Below, piece by piece: positions 48,169 to 57,038 of a stretch of 64,000 nt of DNA. Origin of the DNA: Candidatus Bathyarchaeota archaeon. Its GTDB lineage: Archaea > Thermoproteota > Bathyarchaeia > TCS64. The position numbers and the translations under genes were made by a program. Position 1 is the first letter of the stretch. Each line of letters opens with the position of its first letter. The notes under the pieces were generated by a model, which made no database searches, was not told the DNA's origin, and worked only from the letters and a program-made list of their open reading frames with translations. Location of the stretch: positions 1-64,000 of the forward strand of contig JBDRQD010000048.1 of NCBI GenBank assembly GCA_043826455.1. Direction: 5' to 3'.

Positions 48169-49137
48169 GTGAAGATCATTGAAGGCGTGCACCAGCTGGA
48201 GATACCCATGGAGAGGAACCCCCTGGGTAAGACCTTCAGCTACCTGCTGACAGAGTCCAAGACCTTGATAGACACGGGGGTGCCCACAGATTACGCCTAC
48301 AAGGGCCTCCAGAGGCAGCTGGAGGAGCACAGCCTCAAGCCCCAGGACATTGAGCGGGTCATCATAACGCATCTGCACAACGACCACATCGGACTCGCGC
48401 AGACGCTCCAGGAGCACGGTGCTGAGCTGGTTGCCAGCAGGGTCGCCGCGGAGAAGCAGGCCCAGGTGCAGGAGGAGTACAGGAACCTCTACGAGCTCAC
48501 CGTGGAGGAGACCCGGCTCTTCGGGGGCGCAGAGTACCTGAACTTCCTAGCCCGATTCGTGTACGCCTTTAGGGACGTCCCCCGGCCCCTCAAAATCGAC
48601 GGGACCCTGGAGGACGGTGAAACCTTCAGCCTGGATGGGTTCAGTTTCAAGGTGATCTGGACTCCGGGCCACAGCCATGAACATATAGTGCTATACGATG
48701 AGGCGGACAGGCTTCTCTTCAGCGGCGACCATGTTCTACCTAAGATCACCAGCCACGTGGCCCTCCACAGCTACGAGCACCGGGACCCCCTGGGCGAGTA
48801 CCTGGACAGCCTGGAGAAGGTGAAGGACCTAGACGTGGAGACGGTGCTGCCGGGCCACGAGTGGGCCTTCCATAACCTCAAGGAGCGCGTAGAGCAGCTC
48901 CGCTCCCACCACAGCAGGCGCCTCCAGGAGATGAGGGACACCCTCCAGGACGGCGAGAGGACCGTCTACCAGGTGGGCAGCAGAGTCCACTGGGACAGCC
49001 GTCCATGGCCCGAGATGAGCTTCTGGACCAAACGCATGGCCGCCACCGAGACCTACGCCCACCTAGTGTACCTGAGAAACAGAGGCGAGGTCAAAGAGGA
49101 GAAAAAGGGCGACACCCTGTACTACAGTTTAACTTGA
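48169..49137 (+). CDS. MBL-fold hydrolase with C-terminal wHTH
   Basis: THLHNDHIG, TPGHS, SGDH, LPGH. Confidence 0.88.
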   Translation: MKIIEGVHQLEIPMERNPLGKTFSYLLTESKTLIDTGVPTDYAYKGLQRQLEEHSLKPQDIERVIITHLHNDHIGLAQTLQEHGAELVASRVAAEKQAQVQEEYRNLYELTVEETRLFGGAEYLNFLARFVYAFRDVPRPLKIDGTLEDGETFSLDGFSFKVIWTPGHSHEHIVLYDEADRLLFSGDHVLPKITSHVALHSYEHRDPLGEYLDSLEKVKDLDVETVLPGHEWAFHNLKERVEQLRSHHSRRLQEMRDTLQDGERTVYQVGSRVHWDSRPWPEMSFWTKRMAATETYAHLVYLRNRGEVKEEKKGDTLYYSLT

Positions 49138-49147
49138 GTGAAGGGGT

Positions 49148-49182
49148 GCCCCCTCCCCTCCCCAGGGAGGGGGCGGTTTTTT
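49148..49182 (+). terminator. GC-rich hairpin plus T tract between convergent genes
   Basis: GCCCCCTCCC-7nt-GGGAGGGGGC followed by GGTTTTTT. Confidence 0.6.
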
Positions 49183-49205
49183 GGGGGAGTTATGGGGAGA
49201 GTGAT

Positions 49206-49868
49206 TCACCGCCAGACCTTGATGCCGCGCTCGTGGAGGTACTGGGCGGCCAGGTCCGCGATGTCTGGGCCCTTGAAGGGTATCTTCAGCTCCCTCACCT
49301 GGAGCATGATGTCCCTGTAGTTGATCTCCAGGGGTATACCCTTCTCGGCGAACTCGTCAAGGATGGTCTGGGCTACTTCCTCGGCCACCCTGAACTTGGG
49401 GCTCAGCATCCTGTAGTGGTGCTTCAGGGCGGTGCTGACCTCCTCCGGGGTGGCGCTGTCTATGGCCCACACCGTTGGCCGGGGGCCACCCTTGCTGCGC
49501 TTCACCTTGCTCACCTTCAGGGCGGGCACCACGACCCCCATGGCGCGGAGTCTCTTCAGGGCCCTGTATACGGTGGCCTCGGGCATGTTGAGCTCGCACT
49601 GGAGAACCCAGGCAGTGCTCGCGCCGTGGAGGCAGAAGTACAGGAACGCCTCGCTGACCGCGCTGCTGCTGAAGATCTTCTCGCTGAAGCTCATGAGCTC
49701 CTGGATATTCTTCAGGGTCGTGGCCAGGTCGTTCTTCTCGTTTAAGAGTAACAATTTCCGGAAAACATCTACATATTTGGCGAAGTTCGCCTCTCTCCCG
49801 CTGGGTACTCGGACCGAGCGTTTTTTATTCTTGGAGAGTGTCTTATCTAGGGCTACCGTGTTTGACAC
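49206..49868 (-). CDS. Winged-HTH DNA-binding protein
   Basis: LNMPEATVYRALKRL HTH and GGPRPTVW wing. Confidence 0.75.
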   Translation of the reverse strand: MSNTVALDKTLSKNKKRSVRVPSGREANFAKYVDVFRKLLLLNEKNDLATTLKNIQELMSFSEKIFSSSAVSEAFLYFCLHGASTAWVLQCELNMPEATVYRALKRLRAMGVVVPALKVSKVKRSKGGPRPTVWAIDSATPEEVSTALKHHYRMLSPKFRVAEEVAQTILDEFAEKGIPLEINYRDIMLQVRELKIPFKGPDIADLAAQYLHERGIKVWR

Positions 49869-49934
49869 TTACATCTAACTCCGGACTCCCCACCCGGGGC
49901 TAAAATGTAAACAGCCCCGATAAGTTTATAAGTA

Positions 49935-49988
49935 TACTTGTTAACAAGTAAACAAGTTAACAAATAAACAGGTGCAACAGTAAACATG
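49935..49988. promoter_or_regulatory. 8-bp tandem array (TWAACARG-like) with a 16-bp palindrome in a divergent promoter
   Basis: TTAACAAG TAAACAAG TTAACAAA TAAACAGG TGCAACAG TAAACATG; TACTTGTTAACAAGTA at 49935-49950. Confidence 0.75.
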
Positions 49989-50429
49989 CCGCGTAAAACC
50001 GTCGCAATAAGGGGCCTGAACACGGATTTGTACAACGAGGTCTTCTCCATGGCCAAGAAGGACGGTAAGAACGTGGCCGACGTCGTCAACAACGCCCTCG
50101 AGGCCTTCATAAACGGTGAGGGTGATGACCCCGACGCCACCGTCAGCCTTGGTCAAGCATCTAACTCCGGACCAGAATTTGTATTGACCATCGACGACGA
50201 CGGCGAGGTGAGCCTTTCTAAGGAGGACATCAAGGAGATCGCCTCCGAGATGGGTCCCTTCGCCATCGAGAGCAACGGTAGCCTGGTTTTTGAGAAGGAC
50301 GTCGACAAGAACGCATTGCAGTGCATCAGCAGAATCACTGTGAAGTCGGGGACCGTCAAGGTCCCCAAGTCGGCCTACGCCCAATTCCTAATAAAGACCA
50401 AGATCCAAGGAAAACTCGACAAGTATTGA
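49986..50429 (+). CDS. Ribbon-helix-helix protein with C-terminal beta-rich domain
   Basis: KTVAIRGLNTDLYNEVFSMAKKDGKNVADVVNNAL fits a beta-helix-helix pattern. Confidence 0.7.
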   Translation: MPRKTVAIRGLNTDLYNEVFSMAKKDGKNVADVVNNALEAFINGEGDDPDATVSLGQASNSGPEFVLTIDDDGEVSLSKEDIKEIASEMGPFAIESNGSLVFEKDVDKNALQCISRITVKSGTVKVPKSAYAQFLIKTKIQGKLDKY

Positions 50430-51025
50430 GACCCCATTATACGGTAGCGGGGGTCGAAGACGGCAGCTTCGAGGCTTTCCGCAGGGGCTCAGCGGATGCT
50501 GGCCAGTACACCTTACTTTGTTTAACAGTGATGCGGGGCTCTGTTATACAGGATGTGCGGCTCCGCAGGATACTTGTGGATGGGCTGGACGCCACGGATG
50601 CTTTGTTAAACATGTTATCGGGGCTGGATGTGGACGCCATCATTCTTGGAGGCGTCACCTTCGGGGGCTTCAACGTGGCAGATGTTGAACAAATACACCG
50701 CGCAACAGACACCCCTATAATAGTTTTCAGCACGGAGCGCCCCGACGTGGAGGCAACCCTTGGCGCTCTCAGTAAACATTTCAGTGACTGGCGTGAGCGG
50801 TGGAGGCGCTACGAGGCCCTGGGCCCGCTCCACAGTTTGAGGATGGGCGACTGGCCTGAAGTGTTCTACGAGGCTGTGGGTTGTTCAGCGGAGCTGGCCG
50901 AGAAGATCATTAGAGACCAAGCCTTAACCTCCAGGACCCCTGAGGCGCTCCGTGTGGCTAATATGGTTGCAAAGGGTCTCAGTTTAGTCGTTCAAGGTCT
51001 AGAGGTATGTGCTGATGGGTCATGA
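50426..51025 (+). CDS. DUF99 (EndoV-like) family protein
   Basis: AGVEDG, VDGLDATD, GVTFGGFNV, PEALRVA; TTG start overlapping the RHH stop. Confidence 0.85.
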   Translation: MRPHYTVAGVEDGSFEAFRRGSADAGQYTLLCLTVMRGSVIQDVRLRRILVDGLDATDALLNMLSGLDVDAIILGGVTFGGFNVADVEQIHRATDTPIIVFSTERPDVEATLGALSKHFSDWRERWRRYEALGPLHSLRMGDWPEVFYEAVGCSAELAEKIIRDQALTSRTPEALRVANMVAKGLSLVVQGLEVCADGS

Positions 51026-52445
51026 GGTTATAGACGGAGATGACCCCGGGCGTAGGCTCCAGCTTCATGCGCTTCTGGAAGGGCGTCTGGTCCTGGAAGC
51101 TGCCTGAGCAGATGAGGGATAAGCCGTGGTACTTCCTCATCTCGTGGATGTGGATGTGGCCGCAGACAACCACGTCAGGTATGGTGTCTACCACCAGGCG
51201 GTCCACCTTCTCGGGGGCTATGGGCGTGCTCTGCCCGTAGATGGGGGCGACGTGGCGGCACCTCATGAGGAGCTCCAGGCCTTTCACCGGGCTGTGGAAG
51301 TCGTAGCCCGGGGTGGAGCTCAGTATATCGTCCAGGGCTTTGCCGTGGAAGATGAGAGCCTTGACTCCGTGGAGGCTCAGGTTGCACGGGTTTGGCAGCA
51401 GGTGTATCCTAGGGTCCTTGTATAGGGCTGGGGCGTACTTTTCGGGGATGGGGGGCTGGGGTAGGCTGCGCCTCACGGCGTCGTGGTTCCCCGGTATGAC
51501 GAGTATCTCTACGTGCTCAGGAAGCTGGGACAAGAGCCGGGCGGCCTCCTCGTACTGGGCCTTCTGGGTGGTGATGGTGAGCTCGTCCAGCTGCTCAGGG
51601 TAGATGCCTATGCCGTCCACCAGGTCACCTGTAACTACCAGGTACTTCACTAAGCCGGCCAGCTCCCTGCTGGCCGGTGGCCCCAGGTCCCTGTTCATCC
51701 ACTTGATGAACTTGTCGAAGAGGTCGGCCCGGAAGTACTTGCTGCCCACGTGGATGTCTCCCACGAATACGGCGCACACGTTCTCATCGGCCCGGCTTAT
51801 GTCGTGCATGGGGACGTCGGGCCATATGAGGTCGTTGGCTATGATGAGGTCGTCCCTGTACTTGAGGCCGTCCACGCATATGATCTGGTCGTCCAGGATC
51901 TCCAGGCCTTTCCTGGAGACCTCCTCCCCTGACACCATGACGGTGACGCTGGTGTCAGGGTCCTCCAGGTCCAGGAATAGGCGGCTGCTCCTTGTGCTCT
52001 TGCCAGCCACCAGGCCGATGGTCTTGAACTTGGTTTTCACAGGCTGCTTCACGGCCTGGCTGAGGGGGATGGCGTCCCTGACATCGAACCTGTTCTTGAG
52101 TATGGCCTCCAGCTGTCTGAACCTGCTGTTGAAGTAGTCGATGAAGCCGTTCACGTCCCCCACAGGCTGGGACTCCCTGCCTGAGAGAAGCTCTATCCTC
52201 GACTGGAGCCGGGCTACTGGGGGTTTCATTGCTGGACGGGTCTGCTTGTGCTCCTCGAGGCCTCGCAGGAACTCCTCGTCTATTATGAATAGGTCTGGCC
52301 GAGTCTCAGCCGCTTCCAAGGCTCTCCTGATCACCTTGTCCAGCCTTTCGGCGGGCATGGACTGTAGGAGGTTGAAGGCCTCCGGGGTCAGCTGTAAACC
52401 GACCTCTATGATCTTGTTGATGACTGGTTGGAGTTCCTGTGTCAA
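50979..52445 (-). CDS. polB: DNA polymerase D small (proofreading) subunit DP1
   Basis: OB fold followed by DIHVGS, GDLVDGIGIYP, PGNHD, HVAPIYG, GHIH. Confidence 0.95.
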   Translation of the reverse strand: MTQELQPVINKIIEVGLQLTPEAFNLLQSMPAERLDKVIRRALEAAETRPDLFIIDEEFLRGLEEHKQTRPAMKPPVARLQSRIELLSGRESQPVGDVNGFIDYFNSRFRQLEAILKNRFDVRDAIPLSQAVKQPVKTKFKTIGLVAGKSTRSSRLFLDLEDPDTSVTVMVSGEEVSRKGLEILDDQIICVDGLKYRDDLIIANDLIWPDVPMHDISRADENVCAVFVGDIHVGSKYFRADLFDKFIKWMNRDLGPPASRELAGLVKYLVVTGDLVDGIGIYPEQLDELTITTQKAQYEEAARLLSQLPEHVEILVIPGNHDAVRRSLPQPPIPEKYAPALYKDPRIHLLPNPCNLSLHGVKALIFHGKALDDILSSTPGYDFHSPVKGLELLMRCRHVAPIYGQSTPIAPEKVDRLVVDTIPDVVVCGHIHIHEMRKYHGLSLICSGSFQDQTPFQKRMKLEPTPGVISVYNLMTHQHIPLDLERLN

Positions 52446-52454
52446 CCTTGTTCC

Positions 52455-52796
52455 TTATCTCACCTTGATGACGTAGTCGGTCCTGGGTGGGGCGAAGGTC
52501 TCTATGATGACGGCGGGCTCCTTGCCCGTGGTCTCAAACTTGTGCTCCTCGTTGGGCTGGAGGAACCAAGCTGCCCCAGGCTTGGCCTTCACCTTCCGGG
52601 CTCGGGTGCTTAGCTCCCCAGCCCCCGATAGGAGGGTGCCCATCTGCTCGTGGGGGTGGCTGTGCCAGTCCACCACGGCTCCTGGCTGGATGACTATGTA
52701 GCACTGGGTGGCGTGCATGCCGTTTCCTATTACGCTTATCTTTACTCCGGGTACGGGTTCGAAGCTCGGGGCTTTCTCCCATGTCGTGTCCTGCAT
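52455..52796 (-). CDS. Cupin domain protein
   Basis: WHSHPHEQ, PNEEH, FAPPR. Confidence 0.88.
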   Translation of the reverse strand: MQDTTWEKAPSFEPVPGVKISVIGNGMHATQCYIVIQPGAVVDWHSHPHEQMGTLLSGAGELSTRARKVKAKPGAAWFLQPNEEHKFETTGKEPAVIIETFAPPRTDYVIKVR

Positions 52797-52832
52797 GGGC
52801 AGAGAATAGGTGGCGAGGGTATATGAATTAAG

Positions 52833-53531
52833 CTAGAGGCCTATGGTTGCCTCTCTTTTCTCCAGGAGGAGGTCCTTGATCTCCTTTCTCACGGCGTACC
52901 TGTAAGGCATGCTGTTGGTGTTGCGGTCTATGAAGCCGCTGTCGTAGAGCTTCTTGAGGAGCCTGGCCGTGTGCTCCCGGGTCTTGTTGATCTTGTCCCT
53001 GATCTCGGGGACGGAGCCCTCATCTAGGTCCATGATCATCTGGAGGACCTCCAGCTCCGTGTCGGTGAGCCTCTGGAAGATGTCCTCTCCCTGAACGGGG
53101 ATGGGGGCGTCCACTGGGGTGGCGGCGGGGGCAGCGGCTCTCGGTAGGGACGCTAGCTTCTGGAGTTCGCCCCGCATCTTCTCGATGCTGCCCTCTATGT
53201 TTTCGACTCTGCCTGAGAGCTCCTTCACCTTCTCCAGCTCTTGGAGGGCGGCCTCGCTTGTTCCTTGCCCGGCCTTCAGGGCCTCAGCGGCCATGTACTT
53301 GGCCTGGATGGCGTCGCCCTCAATTTTTTGGAGGCCTGACTCCATCTTCTTCACCTGGCGGGTGAACCCGGAGGTGATGTTCATTACTGACTCCTTGCTG
53401 CCCTCGTACTCGGCCTGAGCCATTTTGATGCGCTTGTAGAATATGTAGCTGGCCACTATGGTCACCGTGAACAGCGCTATGGTTGTGAAAACCAGCTCCA
53501 ATTCTTTCCCCATGATAGTTGTGACAGTCAC
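52833..53531 (-). CDS. TM - coiled-coil - winged-HTH protein
   Basis: N-terminal TM helix, long heptad-like region, Ala/Pro linker, LTDTELEVL...TREHTARLLKKLYDSGFIDR...PYRY. Confidence 0.8.
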   Translation of the reverse strand: MTVTTIMGKELELVFTTIALFTVTIVASYIFYKRIKMAQAEYEGSKESVMNITSGFTRQVKKMESGLQKIEGDAIQAKYMAAEALKAGQGTSEAALQELEKVKELSGRVENIEGSIEKMRGELQKLASLPRAAAPAATPVDAPIPVQGEDIFQRLTDTELEVLQMIMDLDEGSVPEIRDKINKTREHTARLLKKLYDSGFIDRNTNSMPYRYAVRKEIKDLLLEKREATIGL

Positions 53532-53611
53532 CCCTTTTTACCGTTTCGTATCAGAAGATGATTCTATGTTAATATTCGAAATGATCTTTTCATAGGACAA
53601 TCGTAGTGATA

Positions 53612-53628
53612 GTAAACGATTCGTTTAC
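53612..53628. promoter_or_regulatory. Palindrome GTAAACGA-T-TCGTTTAC in a divergent promoter
   Basis: Perfect 8-bp inverted repeat between the TM-wHTH gene and hypF. Confidence 0.45.
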
Positions 53629-53689
53629 CTGGCTCCGAGCTTGTTGCCCATAGTTTAAATTACGCTGTTCATCATAGACGTGAATACCG

Positions 53690-56014
53690 TTGAGTTCTGG
53701 CGGAAAGGTTGAGGCGAAGGTAAGCATCACGGGCAGGGTCCAGGGGGTAGGCTTCAGGCCCTTCATCTACAGGATGGCCGCCAGGAACGGGCTCAGGGGA
53801 TACGTGATTAACCTTGGGGACGCTGGGGTTGAGGCCGTCGTGGAGGGCACAGAGCCCCAGGTTAAAAGGTTCCTCGACGATGTCAGAGAGAGCGCCCCAG
53901 AGGTCTCCGAGATCGAGGACATCTCGTACGAGCTCAAGCCCTATAGGGGCAGGTTCAAGGGTTTCCGGATCGATAAGAGCCAGAACCGCGGAAAAGTCGC
54001 CTCAGGCATTTTTCCGCCGGACATAGGCATTTGCCCCCAATGCCTCGCCGACATGGCTACTCCTAGGGGTCGGTGGTACGATTACCCTTTCACCGCCTGC
54101 GCCTGGTGCGGGCCTAGGTTCACGGGCGTCAACGCCCTGCCCTACGACAGGGAGAGGACTCACATGCACGGGTTCCCCATGTGCAGCGACTGCCACGGAG
54201 ACTACTATGATCCCATGGACAGGCGGTTCGACGCCCAGGGCATGACCTGCAGCCAGTGCGGGCCCACCATGAGCCTTCACGACAGCGAAGGGAGACTGCT
54301 TGAGACGGAGGACATCTTCACTGAGACAGCTAAACTTCTGCTGGAAGGTAGCATCGTCGCCGTGAAGGGCATCGGCGGCGTACACCTCGCCTCGCTTGCC
54401 ACCCGAGACGACATCATCGAGGAGTTCAGGAGGCGTAAACGCCGTCCCTACCAGCCCTTCGCCTTGATGTCACCCAGCCTCGATGACGTTGAGATTTATT
54501 CGGAGTTCACATCAGATGAGAGAAGGTTCCTGGTGTCTTGGCGTAAACCCATCGTTTTGCTGAAGAAGAGGTTTAAGGTCATCTCGGAGCTGGTTGCCCC
54601 GGGCCTGGACAGGGTGGGCGTGATGCTCCCCTACACGGGGATCCAGACCATGCTCTTCAGACGGCTGAGTGAGCCGGCCCTGATAATGACCAGCGGAAAC
54701 AAGCCTGGACTGCCCATGGCAATAACAAACGAGGCCGCGTTCAAGGAGCTGGGTGGCCTGGCGGACTATTTTCTGCTTCACAACAGGGACATCGTCAACA
54801 GGAGTGATGACTCCGTTCTCAGAGTTATCAGGGGTCATCCGTCATTTACTAGGCGCTCCAGGGGCTACGTTCCTGACCCGATTGATATTCCTTTCAAGAA
54901 GGGCACATGTATCGCATTGGGGGCGGAGCTCAGGAACGCGGCGGCTGTGGCCACCAATGGCAAGGTCTTCATGACCCAGTATCTCGGAGACACCGTTAAC
55001 CTTGAGGGCTTGGAGTTCGAGAAGCATGCCCTGCACATCATGTGTGACCTGCTAAATATCACACGTAACCCGGATGTGATTGGCTGTGACCTGCACCCAG
55101 AGTATATGACATCACAGTACGCTCAAGTGATATCACAGGAGATAGGTGTTGAAGCCGTGAGGTCACAACACCATCACGCCCATATAGCCTCAGTTATGGC
55201 GGAAAACATGGTTCCAGCGGAGGAAGAGGTACTGGGTATCGCTTTGGATGGCGCGGGATACGGCCAAGATACGCAAATTTGGGGCGGAGAGGTACTAAAA
55301 TCAACATACTCGGGCTTCGAGAGGCTCGGACAACTAGAATACCTACCCATGCCCGGAGGAGATCAATGCGCCTATTATCCCTACAGGATGCTTGTGGCCG
55401 GCCTCACAAACATTGTCACAGATGATATTATACGTGATATCACAGAAAATCACGTCGAAAATGCGTTACCTCACGGTAAAAAAGAGCTGGAACTGATACT
55501 CAGACAGTCAAGAAAATTGGATGTGCTTAAAACTTCAGGGGCTGGGCGATTCCTGGATGCTGTGGCTTCTCTCCTTGATCTAACATATTACAGGACTTAT
55601 GAAGGCGAACCCGCTATGCGATTGGAGGCTTTAATCTCAAGGAATGTATCCGATACTTTACATTTCGAGCCCGAAATATCCGTTATAGATGAAGAATATA
55701 TCCTTAAAACATCAAATATACTCTATAATTATTTAATAAATAAAAATAGTCACAAATATGCCGATATTGCTTATTCTGCCCATAAATATTTGGCAGAAGG
55801 AATGAGCAACATAGTAATCTCTGCCTCAGAGGCAACTGGCATAAAAAAAGTCGCACTGTCTGGTGGAGTCTTGATCAACGAATTCATCGCAGAGACCATA
55901 CATCGAACTCTTTCAACCACCGGATTAGAGGTAATGTTCAATCGTAAAGTCCCTCCAGGTGACGGTGGGACAGCTCTTGGCCAGTGCTGTGTAGCCCTTT
56001 CATCTGTGATATGA
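53690..56014 (+). CDS. hypF: Carbamoyltransferase HypF
   Basis: Acylphosphatase GRVQGVGFRPF, Zn fingers, KGIGG, DLHP, QHHHAH, DGAGYG, PPGDGG..LGQ. Confidence 0.96.
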   Translation: MSSGGKVEAKVSITGRVQGVGFRPFIYRMAARNGLRGYVINLGDAGVEAVVEGTEPQVKRFLDDVRESAPEVSEIEDISYELKPYRGRFKGFRIDKSQNRGKVASGIFPPDIGICPQCLADMATPRGRWYDYPFTACAWCGPRFTGVNALPYDRERTHMHGFPMCSDCHGDYYDPMDRRFDAQGMTCSQCGPTMSLHDSEGRLLETEDIFTETAKLLLEGSIVAVKGIGGVHLASLATRDDIIEEFRRRKRRPYQPFALMSPSLDDVEIYSEFTSDERRFLVSWRKPIVLLKKRFKVISELVAPGLDRVGVMLPYTGIQTMLFRRLSEPALIMTSGNKPGLPMAITNEAAFKELGGLADYFLLHNRDIVNRSDDSVLRVIRGHPSFTRRSRGYVPDPIDIPFKKGTCIALGAELRNAAAVATNGKVFMTQYLGDTVNLEGLEFEKHALHIMCDLLNITRNPDVIGCDLHPEYMTSQYAQVISQEIGVEAVRSQHHHAHIASVMAENMVPAEEEVLGIALDGAGYGQDTQIWGGEVLKSTYSGFERLGQLEYLPMPGGDQCAYYPYRMLVAGLTNIVTDDIIRDITENHVENALPHGKKELELILRQSRKLDVLKTSGAGRFLDAVASLLDLTYYRTYEGEPAMRLEALISRNVSDTLHFEPEISVIDEEYILKTSNILYNYLINKNSHKYADIAYSAHKYLAEGMSNIVISASEATGIKKVALSGGVLINEFIAETIHRTLSTTGLEVMFNRKVPPGDGGTALGQCCVALSSVI

Positions 56015-57038
56015 TGTGATATCACACCATTTTGATGCTAGTGGGAGAACCTAAACGTGATATTCCCTCCACCAGTTCTGTCTCAATCTGTTTCAGAAGA
56101 TCCTTTGAAGCGTTTAACTCTCTGCTCTCCAGCATGATAACGTATTCTTTTAATTTTTCAGCTAAAAAATAATAGTCGTCGAAGGGCCTGGCCTCAAACA
56201 CACCGATATAACTCAACAAAACAATGGTAAAGATGCTTGAGATAACGTTACCACGAGCCTGAGCTAACGAGCGGCTAAATGAGCCCCTACTTACTTTTTT
56301 ACGTCTAAAATATGCTTTTTGATGAAAAGGGATTTTTTTATCTGATATTATGTCAGTTAGTAAATCAATTACAAGCGATTCAAATTGTACTCTTGTTAAA
56401 TTACTGTTTTTAAGTAATAGGTCTGATATCGGGTCCTGAAACGTTTTTTGGATAATATTTTGGTAATTCTCTGACGCCAATCTAGGCTCGCCTCACAGTG
56501 ATATCACATTAACGAGATATAACGTTGTCTACAAAATCGTATACCAATGAGCGTGGTCTTGTATTGAAAGTGATTGCCTTCTACAACACTAAAACTTTAC
56601 GTTTTGATGCAATATACATGTAAATAGATTAATAATATTTATATAAAAATGTAAATGGGCTGGATGGAAGTCTTTATTATCACTTAATTCAAGTCATCTA
56701 AACATGGTCACGGTCAAAGATCTAGAGATAAACTGCGAGAAAATTGAGCCAAAAATCAAAGAATTCATAGCTGACAACATTAAAAATGCAGGCCTAAAAG
56801 GAGCAGTCGTGGCTGTCAGCGGAGGAATAGACTCAGCCGTAGCCCTTTCACTGACAGTTAAGGCACTAGGCCCCGAGAAGGTCACAACTGTCACACTTCC
56901 AGACCGTGATGCGACACCTAAGCGTGATATCATGGATGTGATGCAACACTGTGAGAGCCTCGGCGTCACATGTAACACGGTGGATATCACGCCAATATTA
57001 CATGTGATACGTGATACGCTACCCCTCTATGACATCAC
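55056..57038. repeat. Cluster of GTGATATCAC palindromes
   Basis: Exact copies at 55127, 55434, 56016 and 56498; near copies at 55106, 55157, 56006, 56924, 56981 and 57029. Confidence 0.85.
56022..56480 (-). CDS. Uncharacterised protein (152 aa), possible HTH DNA-binding
   Basis: LT..Q...RKKVSRGSFSRSLAQARGN recognition-helix-like segment; fills the gap between hypF and nadE. Confidence 0.7.
   Translation of the reverse strand: MASENYQNIIQKTFQDPISDLLLKNSNLTRVQFESLVIDLLTDIISDKKIPFHQKAYFRRKKVSRGSFSRSLAQARGNVISSIFTIVLLSYIGVFEARPFDDYYFLAEKLKEYVIMLESRELNASKDLLKQIETELVEGISRLGSPTSIKMV

Noticed and set aside
49872..50172. 15-bp direct repeat CATCTAACTCCGGAC at 49872 and 50158
   Set aside because: Only two copies, one inside a coding linker; no associated structure; could be chance.
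55056..57038. CRISPR array or horizontally acquired AT-rich insert
   Set aside because: Repeats are 10 bp and irregularly spaced; hypF and nadE read intact through the region. No CRISPR array or cas gene seen anywhere in the window.
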